Positions 13,499 to 25,147 of a stretch of DNA of 56,875 nt are shown here, piece by piece (positions within the stretch are counted from its first letter, which is position 1; each line of letters starts with the position of its first letter). The DNA is taken from the NCBI GenBank assembly GCA_001938485.1, contig MQRK01254813.1:1-56875 (forward strand), given 5' to 3'. Below the pieces are notes generated by a model that searched no databases, was not told the origin of the DNA, and saw nothing but the letters and a program-made list of their open reading frames with translations. A program made the translations under genes and the position numbers. Origin of the DNA: Girardia tigrina (Eukaryota).

Positions 13499-13984
13499 TA
13501 TTGTGCCAAAAAATTGTAAGATTATCTGAAGAACAAATCTTTTATGGAAGAAGAACGCTAAACAATGAAAGAAGTTGCAGCAAATTTAAAAGAACGTAAA
13601 GAGACTTAAGCAAAGAATAATCAAAATAACAACATCAAAACCATTTGAAAGATATAAATCGATTTTTTAGGACCCATGGAAAGAAACAATAAGAAAAGAA
13701 AGATATATAATGGCTATGACGGATCATTACAGTAAATATATTATTTTAGTAACAATAAAAGAATAAAATGATGGTAACTGTAAGAGAGTGTTGTTGTTCA
13801 TTTTTTAATTTTCAGAAATAGGAAATTCGGTTTTTTAAAAATTTCGAATTATAATCGAAATTAAAAAAAATATTGGAAAATTAAAAAAAGAAAATGAAAA
13901 AATGAAAATTTGTTTAAATAACAAATTTAATCTTTTGTAGATTTTGAATAAATTTTGCAAGTCTTAATTTCTTTTTGATTTAGA

Positions 13985-15022
13985 ATGGAAGATAATTCCC
14001 AACCTAACATGGTGGCAGCGCTAGCGGATTCAATCACGAACCGGCTGATTCCCGACATGTTCCAGATCGGAAAAGACCTTGAGAAATTTATTTCTCGCTG
14101 CAGAAGATATTTTGAAGCAGCGGAAATTAACCAAAAGAAATGGCAAACATGTATTTCTCCATGATACATGAAGATCTCTTGGAAGCATATGAGAACACAG
14201 CTGGTAAAGCTGATAATTTTTTAGGATCGGCTAAGACTAGTGTTGGAGAAGCCGAGAGCAGCCGCAACGGATTGGGAAAAACTGTTGAGTTATCACAAAG
14301 GTGCTTATAACGCACAGACCTTTTTCAAAAAAGTAGACCGGTTAGTAAAAAATGCGTTGTCGCATAGACTCGAGGAAGAGGAGTTAAAAGCTCAAATGTT
14401 AATTCATTGCATTGGTGATGAAGATGTTATTCGTGAAATTAAATTACAGAAACTAAAGAGGGTCAAAGAAATATCTGAGTTCGTTGTACTCGTAGACGAA
14501 ATAAACCACGAAAAGAAGAGCAGGATCAATGCTGTCCGAAGTTATCGAGCTGTTGTTCAAAACAGCAGGGCTCCTGAGGTAACTAAAAAATGGGTAAATC
14601 GGATTCCGCCGAAAAAACAACTCTCAAGAGTGGAATCAACCGAGTCCAAATGCTATACTTGTCAGCAACCAGGACATTTCAGCAGAAATTGCAAACAAAG
14701 AAGACCTGTGCAGTGTTGGAATTGTAAAGAGACTGGGCACATCAGTCGAAACTGTCCTAACAGAGAGTCATTGGTTTGTTTCTTGTGCGGAAAAAAGGGA
14801 CATAGGCGAACATAATGTCCAGAAATACGCTGTGAAAAATGTGGTCGGTATGGGCATCTAGCAGCGACATGTTTAGTGAACTCTAACAGACAGAATAATG
14901 GTTACGACAATGGAAGATCGAGAATGCAGAACAATGATCGAAAATTTAAAATCAACACCATAAACGAAGATGAAGAACGCACATTTGATTATAATGAAGA
15001 AAAAAACGAAGAAAATTCTTAG
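13985..15022 (+). pseudogene. gag: Gypsy-type gag with four CCHC knuckles, cut at the gag/pol junction
   Basis: CYTCQQPGHFSRNC, CWNCKETGHISRNC, CFLCGKKGHRRT*C, CEKCGRYGHLAATC. AAAAAAC at 15001-15007. Homologous to 39576-40652. Confidence 0.85.
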
Positions 15023-15194
15023 GGTATATCCGGAACTTATGGAAGAGATCATTATTAAGGTTTAAAAAGAAGCCTTGTGTCTTGAGAAGAGAGGAAGCTT
15101 TCTGAAAGAACATGTTTCTCTTGATGAAGGGGAGTCCTTTATTTTTTTTATGATTACCCTGGATAGGGAGGGGGAGTCTTTCACTCTAAGATTA

Positions 15195-16176
15195 CTAGAG
15201 ATAGATTTTTGAGGAGAAAAGTTGGAATGTGAATTCAAAAAGAGCCGTATTAGAAAAGACTTTAATCAGAGAGAAGTAAATAGACACAGTAATGAACTTC
15301 TTAGTTAGAAATGGTGTTTTGTTCCATTTAAACTTAATATTTCTCTTTTTAATGAAGTAGTTCAACTTTTGCCTAACTACAGTCTCATTAATCTTAACAG
15401 TCTTGCCATTAAAGATATTGTAGGATAATTTACAAGCAAGGTGTTCCGCAAAATCAGTTAAAGTATCATCACAAAATGGGTCCTTATGGGATTTATCAAC
15501 TAAAAATAAAGAAAATTCGTCTATTAAAGTTTCCAAACTCGGTGAACTTTTCCAAAAAGATAGAGTGTTCGAGGTCAAAATGAGAGCCATCAGAGCGGAT
15601 GATAGACACTTTGTCCACTTCAGTCATCAGAATATCCTTGTATTCCAGACAAAATCCATTAAGAATTTTTTCACAGAAAATCTCAGATCTATTGCAAGAA
15701 ACTCTATAAGAAATGTAAGTTTTGAATAGATTAGTGACTTTTGAGGAGTCAAGGTGAATGACAACAGATTTTCTTGAACAAAAGGAGGTCAGATGATTCA
15801 CAAGGATTTGGACATCAAAGGAGACAGAGCTGCCCGTAAATAAGTTGAATCCCTCATTTTGACAGATAAAGGCGAAGAATTCATCAAAGGTTTTATCAGA
15901 AAGAAGACCATAAAAACTAAAATCAAAGTGCTTGGACACAAATTCTGTAAAAGAGGAGATAGTTTTAACATACTGAGGGATCACATATTTGTTCCTAATA
16001 CAGAAGACTTTGAGAGCATTTAAGAAGCTGTTGGAGTCAAATGAAAAGGGTTCTCCCAAGATATTAATAGAGGAAATCAAGGTATTAACGGAGATGTCCA
16101 AAGATATGTGACTACAAAAGAGAGAAAAGGTGTCATCCTCAAAGGTACCCGACTGAATCTTAATCTTACATAACAA
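15195..16176 (-). CDS. Frameshifted ORF of about 320 codons, unknown product, divergent from the NeSL-like ORF
   Basis: Overlapping ORFs 15496-16176 and 15195-15590. Sense strand is T/C-rich. No recognised motif. Confidence 0.35.
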
Positions 16177-16719
16177 TTCTTTAAATTGTAAATATAAAGG
16201 GTCAGATAAGTCAGTAGAGACACCCGAACACTTAAAAATGTCCGAAAATAATGAAAAAATCCCAGTTTATTAGTCGCAATTAAAGTATTAAGAGAAATAT
16301 TATATACAAATTCCTTCGGCTCAGCTTTGGTCCCTTTCACAGAGTTTCCCCGCTACCGGATTCCTTTACTGGAGCCGAGATCAAGCCATCACCAGATCCA
16401 ACATCAACCTTTTCACCGAGGATATCAGGAAAGGCACCCGTCCTAGACGTGCACTCAACAGAGTTAAGCAGGCTACCTCCATACACACACGGATCAAGGC
16501 TTTTGTCGGTTGGTGTTTTTCAAGATGCTCACAAGAATTGCTCAGAAGATTCGGGCCAAAACCGGGTTGTTTTTTGTTCCGTTTTTTTCCTCTGTTTCTA
16601 ATTGTTCTCCTTGGTCTCCAGCTGCTCCTTCCGGATCGCACACTGTCCTCCAGTCAACTGCCTTCCAACCAGCGCTCAACAGTACCTGCCAGAACACCTC
16701 GGAAACAAGGACCGGACAA

Positions 16720-16909
16720 ACTTACCTGGGATCTGCGCCAGAGTCAACTTACCCGGAACCAATTCAAGAGTATACTTACCTGGCACCAGCTTAGGAGTCA
16801 ACTTACCTGGGACCCACTTCTGGCGATCAGAAACATACTTACCTGGGACCAGCTCCAGGATCAACTTACCTGGGACCCTCTTCTGGTGATCAAAGGCATA
16901 CTTACCTGT
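16720..16909 (+). repeat. Seven-copy coding minisatellite with core ACTTACCTG (Thr-Tyr-Leu)
   Basis: Cores at 16720, 16747 (ACTTACCCG), 16774, 16801, 16837, 16864 and 16900. Spacing 27, 27, 27, 36, 27, 36. Confidence 0.9.
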
Positions 16910-17379
16910 TGTCAGAATCATCAAATACTGTGCAGAGTACGATCCGTAAGCCGGTAGAACTTCCAGATATCTCAAATGCTACTCCACTCCTGACTCCTAA
17001 TACAGAACTCCCTTCTGAATCGGACTTGGAAACTGCTCTAAATCTTTTTACTGATGGCCATGTTACCAGACAGCAGCTTCTTAGAAAATTTATCAAGAGG
17101 ATGACCAATAAAGAAGAATACTTTCAAAAGTTCTGCAAGGCTGCTCTTCAAGCATGTGGCTCCAACAAATCCAGAGACAACATAATAGGACAATGCACTC
17201 GTCTCATTAGCGTTCATTGTGCCTCCTCCATTTCGACTCTTCAGAGTAACTTTGCTGTTCAAGGTATCATCCAAAGTTATATCCGTCATTGAAGAGTGTA
17301 AGGCTGCACCCTCCACGTGGCTAGACCAGTCTGTTATTGCGCCTAATATTCCAGCCATGCCCAATGATATTTCTGATCT

Positions 17380-17810
17380 TTCTACTGCTCTAAGCTGTTT
17401 ATCGTTCTCCGGTTCTGATATTGACTGCTTCTTGAGCTCCTTTATTTGCTGTCACACTCACATTCCTCTGAGTTCCAGCGTCTCTCACTCGACTGTTGTT
17501 GATAGAAGCCTGATTGGTGACATTCCATATAACTCTCTAGATCTTCTTGTCCCAATTCTTCTCTGTGACTCATTGGATCCTCCTGCATGTCTCCCTCAAA
17601 GAGCGCTCTGCTTGTTGGTATGACCCCTTGAGAAGTGCATCTCCCTATCTTGGTGAAGCTCGGTTTGCTTGTGCTAAATTCATCAAGGCTCTTTAGAATA
17701 TGGTGGGTGATATCTCCCTCCGGGACAGTGAAACTCATGATTTCCCTGGACAAGTTAATGACTTTGACTGCGGACCAATGGTTTGTGTTTATGCTCTTTG
17801 GATCAGCTTC
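17380..17810 (+). pseudogene. Ulp1/peptidase C48 domain 1
   Basis: LLVPILLCD-(shift)-HWILLHVSLKERSACWYDPL...FPGQVNDFDCGPMVCVY: catalytic H, D and C plus the oxyanion Q. Confidence 0.8.
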
Positions 17811-17919
17811 CCGGGTTCCAATGTGGACAGTAGTCCCTATCATGTTAGAAAGGTGGTTCATTCGCTGGGAAATTGTACCTTTTCTGATGATGTGGGAGAC
17901 GGTCCAGGACCAAATACTC

Positions 17920-18420
17920 TCCTTCCCTTTTTGGCTTTCTCTAATCATCATGTAGATGCATTTGCTGAAACCTCTGATAATTGCCAGGATTTCTTTGTCT
18001 TTCTTGTAGATCTCTCCAGGGCTATTGTCACCAACAATAGATATTTCATTCTTGAACATTTCTGCCTTCGTGATATTGCCAACAAAAGAAGATTGCCTTT
18101 CCTCTCTTCTTTCGGCAATGTCGCTGGATAGTTGTGACTTGTGACTTCTCTTCTTCTACAATCTCTGTTTGGGATCCCGTTGGCCTTCAGTCGCTCTCTC
18201 TTTATCGATCTATCATTCTGACTTTATGCGATTTCTGTAAGGGCTTTCTGATGGTCCACCTTGTCTATGCTGATTCCCCCCTAACATTGTTACCTCTACA
18301 AAGTACATTGATAGTAGTCCTCTTATTTGTGGTTATTTGAGGAATTTTTCGGGAGTCTCTTTTGATGATAGGATCAACCTGAAAGCCATCCGAACCCTTG
18401 CTATGAAGTTTGTTCTTCGG
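17920..18420 (+). pseudogene. Second, degenerate Ulp1-like domain
   Basis: RWIVVTCDFSSSTISVWDPVG...IDSSPLICGYL parallels domain 1 but lacks the catalytic His and Cys. Confidence 0.55.
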
Positions 18421-18849
18421 TCATCTGATAAGGTTAAGAAATCTGCTCATCCTTCGACCACCTCTCACTGTGTGGCTGCTCGCAAAGTTCTTGCACTGAC
18501 CTTTAACAGGGATCATGCAAATGATGAACTTCACCAGCTTAATTCTGCCTTTTCTGGTCATATTTATTCTATTAGACCTGCAAAACCTCGTTCTCCATAT
18601 CTTGGCTGCTCAGAAGTGAACCCTAATAGAGTAGATCATGACAGAATTCAAAAAACTTATGTTGTAAATCCCAAGGCTGCTATGGCCCTAATAAGACCAC
18701 GGGTGAACGCATCTGCCAAACCAACTCCTGCGGATTTTACATATTTTGTCAAACGGAATAATTGTCATTTTAATTTCCTTCCTGACTCTTTTGACTGTCC
18801 TATTATGACAGGTCCTGCCTTCTCTCCTCACTTATTAAAACATGCATTT

Positions 18850-19186
18850 TTATAACTCGATTTCCAATTGCAATTTCTGCCAGGATACATCCCTCAATCT
18901 TTAAATAATCACCTGTTACTGATTGTAAAGCTTCATGAACTTCAATAATGTCTAATTTTTCTGATGTCAATAACATTTTTTCATTAACTATAGTTATTGA
19001 ATATCCGGTGTCTACCAAAGCACGAATTTTTCTGTTATTAAACAATACCATCATTGTTGGTCTCCTTCCGGATTTAGTTTTAATAGTAAAAACATAATTA
19101 CTGGGTACTCCCCATTGATTCCTTTTTTCAATGTTCCTGTGTTCATTATCATCAATCTTTTCTATATCTGGATTAATTGGTTTCAT
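18850..19186 (-). pseudogene. Retropepsin aspartic protease (start of pol), truncated
   Basis: RPTMMVLFNNRKIRALVDTGYSITIV...LQSVTGDYLKIEG. Confidence 0.85.
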
Positions 19187-19472
19187 TTCTTACAATTTAA
19201 TAAATGGATAGGAAGGAAGAGGTGTTAAATTTTCAGGTGGATAGTATAAATTTTGATCTTGATTTCTCAAAATTTGAATTTGATTTTCCTATGTCGTCCA
19301 CTCATTTTTGGATACTCCTGTTGGTTGAGTTTGATCTGTACCTGTTATTTCGTTTCCCTATATCATCTTCATTCCTTCTTCCATCACTCGTTGTACTTGG
19401 ATCACTAAATGAATCATCTGAATTTGACTCAAATTGTACCTTTTTATTTTTTCCTTTCCGATTTCGACGACT

Positions 19473-21376
19473 TTAATATTTTTTACACTGTTTAACTATT
19501 GTTTTTAATGATTTAATTTCTTTACTATGGTGATGGATAATTAAAAATTTCGCTAAAGTGGGTACACATCCCACGATCAATTGCCAAGATACACCAACCA
19601 TTGTATATAATCTATAAGTCGACAGAACTTGTGTTAAGACAACTTTTAACAAAACGTATATCACATAAACACCAATAAAGCCTACACATGCCTGACCAAA
19701 GAAAACAAATTTTCCCCAAATCTTTTTTAGAGTATTATATGCTGCTTTTTGATATTGATCAACGCTTAAAAAATTATCATAATTAACCTGAACAACACCT
19801 ACTGGTAGGACAGTCTCAACAATTTCTGTTATAAATCTTTTTCGTTTTGAAGGAATCAGTAAATTTCTTCGAGCATCCTCCACTTCTTCAGGGGAATAAA
19901 TACATGTTGTAGACATTTGATCCAAAGATGTAAAGTTTATAAGATAATCCAATTTTGTCAATTTCAATTTTTCGACATTTTTCACTTCTTTATTGTTTGG
20001 TAATGAAATCCACGTGTCAGGTGTCACTCGATATAATGGGGCTGTAATATCATTGCAATGTAGTAATACTGATTTAGTACAATTTTCAGTTAAAACTATT
20101 GTTATAGGTTCCACATACCTTAATTGTCCCTGATAATTCACTGGGAGTTCGTTAGTACACTGATTGAACTTAATTAGTTGAACAGAGACTTCATTACATT
20201 TATAAGTATATAGGACTTCTCCCATCACTCTACCGAATACTCCATTTTATGAAACTAGCATTGGTGCTACTAGGCTTGGATTTGTGAAAACTAAACCTAT
20301 CCGGTTTTTCAAAATTTCCCTATTTAGCTTACAATCATTCAATATTACTTCTCGATACATATTCTCAATAGTAAATTGGTTAAAATGAAATGCAAAATCA
20401 ATTTTATTACTTAGATATTGTGATAATTTCACATCAGCGTTATGCACAATTCCAGCATCTGGAAGTTTTTCTTTGGAAACATATAAACCTTTATAATTCG
20501 TAGTGTAAATAATTTATCCACAAAACTTCTGTTTATCTTTCCTAATAAACCTCATTCCATCGGATGTAATCGAGGACAATAAAACAGTTCCTAATTTCTT
20601 TTGAATTATTGGATATGCCTTTCTAGTTTGGTACTTTTTGGTTTTAAAATATCCGGTCTTTCTCTAATTTGCATTCCCTGAGCTTCAATAAAGTCTGCTG
20701 ATTTCAAAAATGCCAAATTGCACTCTTTGTAATTAACATTATATAATAAAACTGACTCTCCAGTCTGACAACTTGATTTTCTAAATTTGCAAAATGGATG
20801 TGATTGTAATTTTCCAGTTGCATCGTCAAATATTCCATCAAATGTTCTTAATTTGGTTTGATACTCTTCCGAAATCATAATTTTTTGTATAATTTTTCCT
20901 CCCAATTTTACAGGTTCACCTTCACAGTCACTATTTACTTCTATTACTCTCTTTCTAACAACTGATTCTCTCATTATTGCTCCTTCTTTAGCTGCGAGTT
21001 TTAAAGTTTCATCAATTTTTAATTCTTTCGTTTGAAATGCAGCTTCACAATTTTCAGGTAATATCTTCACAGTTCTGGGAATTGCATTTATCTTGATAAT
21101 AGAAGTATGACTCCATTTTCCACAATGATAAATATAAGTTGCTCTTTTCACAATACATTCTCTTACTTTAGCTCTACGAAATCCAGATTCCTGATATAGA
21201 TGATACAAAACATTTGTTTTCTCTTGAATATGTAACGGGTAAGCTTCTGAACATTCTGCTACATCTAGAAGAGAATAAATTTTTCCGACTTCAGTCTGAG
21301 AACAATCATACGCTACAAGAGCTTGTGTTTGATTCATTCCAAGAATAATAAATATGATTAAAGTAAACCACCACAA
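19473..21376 (-). pseudogene. env: Chuvirus-like (class III type) envelope glycoprotein
   Basis: Signal peptide LWWFTLIIFIILGMNQTQA, then LVAYDC, SLLDVAEC, HCGKWSHTS, GEVLYTYKC, CTNELPV, and IWGKFVFFG followed by a TM segment. This motif order is typical of chuvirus G and its retroelement-captured copies. Lesions at about 20230-20610. Confidence 0.8.
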
Positions 21377-21676
21377 TTTAGAAGTTTTTTCTTTGTTAAA
21401 TACATGTTTTGTCTTATCATTATTTATATTATCAATACTTTTCATAACTTTTTGTAAAAATGATTTATCTATTCTTGGAGTCAATGGTTCTTGGATTTCA
21501 CAAATACTTTCTCTTTTCATGTCATTACCAATTTCCTCATTATCAATACTCTCCAGAGGTACTTCTGGTTCACATTTTATCTCATTTTCGGTGATCATTG
21601 GTATAATTTCATTAGTATTCCTCATAACATTATTATCCATAAAATTTTTATCATAATCATTAAAATATTTACCCAT

Positions 21677-21895
21677 GAAAATCACTTGAATTTAATTTAT
21701 TTCACCATGTAAAATACCATAATCATAAACGTAATCTTCATCTTCTAATTCTTGATTTCTGTAAAATAATTTAATTGTTCCAGAGTTGTCAAGTATTCGT
21801 TTTACTTTTTCTCTAAGTTTTTTAACTTTAATACACCAATGTTCAGCTACATGAACAATACGATTGTCAGGAATATTAAATGCTAAAAATATTTT
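21677..21895 (-). pseudogene. Ubiquitin-like domain 2 (not in ORF track)
   Basis: KIFLAFNIPDNRIVHVAEHWCIKVKKLREKVKRILDNSGTIKLFYRNQELEDEDYVYDYGILHGEIN*IQVIF. Same frame as ORF 20606-21685. Confidence 0.7.
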
Positions 21896-22189
21896 TGATA
21901 CATTTGAATTTTCTTTACGAAGATACTTCGAAAATTTCTTTAGAAGATCGAAATCGAATCGAAGAAGAACGAAATTTTGTATTTTTGTGTATTTGAGCTA
22001 CCAACAAAGATTTAATTAAATGAATTAATCTTTCAGATACCGAAAACGTATCAATTTCCTTTAATAAACTAATAATGTATTCATCATCAAGATAATCACA
22101 TTTAAATTCATTAATTAATCTCAGTGCAACATCTTTTATACACATTTCAGTTTCTAATTCATATTTCTTTTCAGTATCCTTTTCTTGTA

Positions 22190-22859
22190 TTTTAACTTCC
22201 ACACTATTAATATACGAAGGTAATATTCCATAATCTAATAAATATTTATCATGTTCCATTACTTGATTATTAAAGATCAAAATTATGAGGGGTTAATTTA
22301 AATTTTTATCTCGCCTGAATAGTTTATTATTTTAAATTTAAAGGGTAAAATATTTTTATGTTAATTTGCTTATTAAATATTTTAAAAAATTAAAAATCAT
22401 ATAATAAAAGAAAATCATAAAAAATAAAATATTTATTTAAAAATAAAAAATATCTTTAATGTATCTATTAAATATCTTAAAATTAAAAATGTCAAGAAAA
22501 CAAAAATATTAAATATTNNNNNNNNNNNNNNNNNNNNNNNNNNNNNNNNNNNNNNNNNNNNNNNNNNCAGGATTTTAAAAATTAAATCGAAAAGAATTTA
22601 ATAGATTAATTTGGGTCGAGATAATTAATTTAAATTAACAGGAAAATTTGTTTTAGAAATGTGAATTGTTATATTAATAAATTTTGATGTTTTAAAAAAA
22701 ATGAATTCTGATATAGACGTTGCAACCACTTCTCACAAAAATAAAATTTTCAACTTCCATTTTATTTATTATCAACTCTTTTAAATCATTAACCTTACTC
22801 TGAGGTGATAAATCTATCATAGTAACTTCTCTTCCGCAACTATTAATCATAATTTCAAG
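22190..22859 (-). pseudogene. Ubiquitin-like domain 1, split by the insertion at 22284-22737
   Basis: Rejoined translation: LEIMINSCGREVTMIDLSPQSKVNDLKELIINKMEVENFILIFNNQVMEHDKYLLDYGILPSYINSVEVKI. Confidence 0.7.
22284..22737. mobile_element. Nested solo-LTR-like insertion (contains a run of N)
   Basis: AAAAT TSD at 22279-22283 and 22738-22742. Termini TATGAG...CTCACA. Excision restores the reading frame. Confidence 0.75.
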
Positions 22860-23294
22860 TTTTTCAAATATTAAAATCTGTCTTAATTCTTTTCAAAGAT
22901 TTTTCATCAATAACTTTATTTTATTTTTTGAATTGTCATTATCATGTAAATAATTTGATAACAATTTTAATAAATTTGCAGTTTTCTCTGTAGTAACTTC
23001 CATTCCCGCAATCTTTGCTGCATAATTATATACTTTCTTAGTACTTTCTTTATTTAAATCTATTTGATTTGATAATCGATTTATACTAATTCTAATTTTA
23101 TCCAATTTTAAATCATTAATTCTCAAACAACTTTGTTGCTGTTTAATTTCTTCATCATTTGACTGATCTGATTTCCTTTTAATATTCTTACATTTCAAAC
23201 CATTAAACATAGATGTTTTATTAGACGTTTCATCTACTCTAGCAAATAATCTGTCAAATTGAGTTTTTAACTCATCAAATTCATATTTTATAGT

Positions 23295-23756
23295 TGTTAA
23301 GAGAACTCACACATTTGACAGAACATTTATTACATTCACAAATTTTATCATCTTTATGATGATCAATATTATTGCTTTCACTAGAATCCATTAATTAATT
23401 TTCAATATCTCCCATTATAATCTGAACTACACATGATAAGATTATTTTATTTAAAAATATTTAATTTAAATTTGATTGGCTAAAATAAAATATTTTTATA
23501 GACATTTTTAAACATTAATTTGATTTTAATTATATAAAAATTTACAAAAATAAAATCATTAAAATTATTTAAAAGTTGCAATAATAAAAACTAAAAATTT
23601 GAATATTAAATCTAAATTTAAATAAATTAGTTTCAGATTTAAAAAATTAAGTATTGATAATCCATCTGGTTAGGAGAGGCATAATCCCAAATCAACATAC
23701 AACATTTAAACATGCAAACACTACAAAAAACAATTATACACCAAATATTCCTCACA
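23295..23756 (-). mobile_element. Solo LTR of the 'TGTGAG' family
   Basis: ATAGT TSD at 23290-23294 and 23757-23761. TG..CA termini. Excision restores the frame (...DDDSTNTIKYEFDELK...). Confidence 0.9.
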
Positions 23757-24979
23757 ATAGTATTAGTACTATCATCATCTGAAGATACACAGCCAACATC
23801 GACAGGTTTATCCTGGAATTTTATTTGTTTCTTTAAAATTGATGGTGATGATTGTTTTATATTGGATCTACATGATCTCTCAACATGTTCATATTTTTTG
23901 CACTTTTCACATTGAATTTAGCCTTTTAAATTTACTTTGTCACGTTACGGTGACGGTGTTAACGATCTCGTTTTAAATCTACAAACATTCGATGTATAAC
24001 CCTGTTTACCACAATTAAAGCAAGTTTTAATATTTGGTGATTTGATTGTTGTTTAAACCAACATTGATTACTAAGATGACCAACTTTGTTGCAATTATAG
24101 CATCTTGGAATTCTTTGGTCAAATTGTTTTTGGTCATTTCTAAATCTTGGGTGATCATTTTGTTGGAAATTGTTTGATCTGGTAAACTTAGGACTTCTGT
24201 CTCCGTTGTTTTTGTTGTTATTTTGGAAATATTGATTTCTTGTCCTTCTGTCGTCTGGTTGTTGGGATCTTTGCATTCTAGGAGAAACATAACCATCACT
24301 TTCATCTTCAGATTCACTTCTATTTATAATTGATTTGGGTGGACGTTGAAATGATTTCATGGTAGTCATAAAAACTGGGCGAGCTTGACCAATGTTTGAA
24401 TTCATTTCAATTATCATAGCTTTTTTCACTAATTCATCAAAATTTTCATATTCAGCCAGACTCAGTGCTGCTTTTAAGTGATTTTGAATTCCAGACCAAA
24501 ATTGATCCTCTACAAATTTATTTGTTTGTTCCGACCACATTTCCTTTTCGCCAAAAGCTTTTTCTGCTAGGGTAGATAGATGAAAGCGAATTCACTAACT
24601 GATTCATTGCTATTTTGCACTCTTGTATAGAATTTCTTTCGTAAAATTCGTCCGATAACTCCGCTGATTAATTTTTCAGCAAGGGCATCCTTTATTCTTG
24701 ACCACTCAACCACTGTACGTTTATCAATTTGATTAAAAGCTTCACGAGCTGCACCTTTCAATACAAAGGTAATCTTTGAATCATTATTTTGTCTGACCAG
24801 CCATAGGCCGATGCGTACTTATAGTAATCAGTCATAAAATCAACAAAATCGACAGGATCTCCTCCATATTGATTCACAGGTAATCTCTGGAAGCTTGCCA
24901 AATCGTTATTTACTTCTCTATTTTCTTCAATCATGATTTTATTTCCAAGTTTTTTATTCCTTAAATAATATCTAGACAC
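23757..24979 (-). pseudogene. gag: gag (capsid plus three CCHC knuckles)
   Basis: QRLPLY/LKGAAREAF, RVQNSNESVSEFA, DQFWSGI. Knuckles CYNCNKVGHLSNQC, CFNCGKQGYTSNVC, CEKCKKYEHVERSC. Confidence 0.85.
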
Positions 24980-25126
24980 TTTTAAATACTTTCTTTAACA
25001 CAATTTAATATTTTCTTTAATAATTCGATAAATACTCAGCAAAATAATCTTTAATATATTTGTCCTAAAGAATTTTCACACGGAATGTGCTTCAATTGAT
25101 TCAGAAAGATAATTTTCAATTAAATA

Positions 25127-25138
25127 GTCGGCTCACCA
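25127..25138 (-). promoter_or_regulatory. Primer-binding site TGGTGAGCCGAC (tRNA uncertain, Arg-like)
   Basis: TGG-initiated, 9 nt inside the LTR end and upstream of gag. Confidence 0.55.
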
Positions 25139-25147
25139 AATATATGA

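Larger units (their letters stand above)
16330..18840 (+). mobile_element. 5' part of a NeSL-like non-LTR retrotransposon ORF, truncated before RT
   Basis: Ulp1/C48 protease motifs followed by RIQKTYVVNPKAAMALI, which resembles the pre-RT segment of RLE-clade elements. Ulp1 carriage is characteristic of the NeSL clade. RT is not in view. Confidence 0.65.

Noticed and set aside
16720-16909. CRISPR-like repeat-spacer array
   Set aside because: The core is only 9-10 nt, spacers are related to each other and preserve codon phase, there are no cas genes, and the context is eukaryotic.
17442-18059. 205-aa minus-strand ORF and similar shadow ORFs over pol and gag regions
   Set aside because: Antisense to recognisable coding sequence and without motifs of their own.
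19473-21376. Stand-alone endogenous chuvirus
   Set aside because: No L or N gene, and G is continuous with retroelement gag-side and protease-side sequence.
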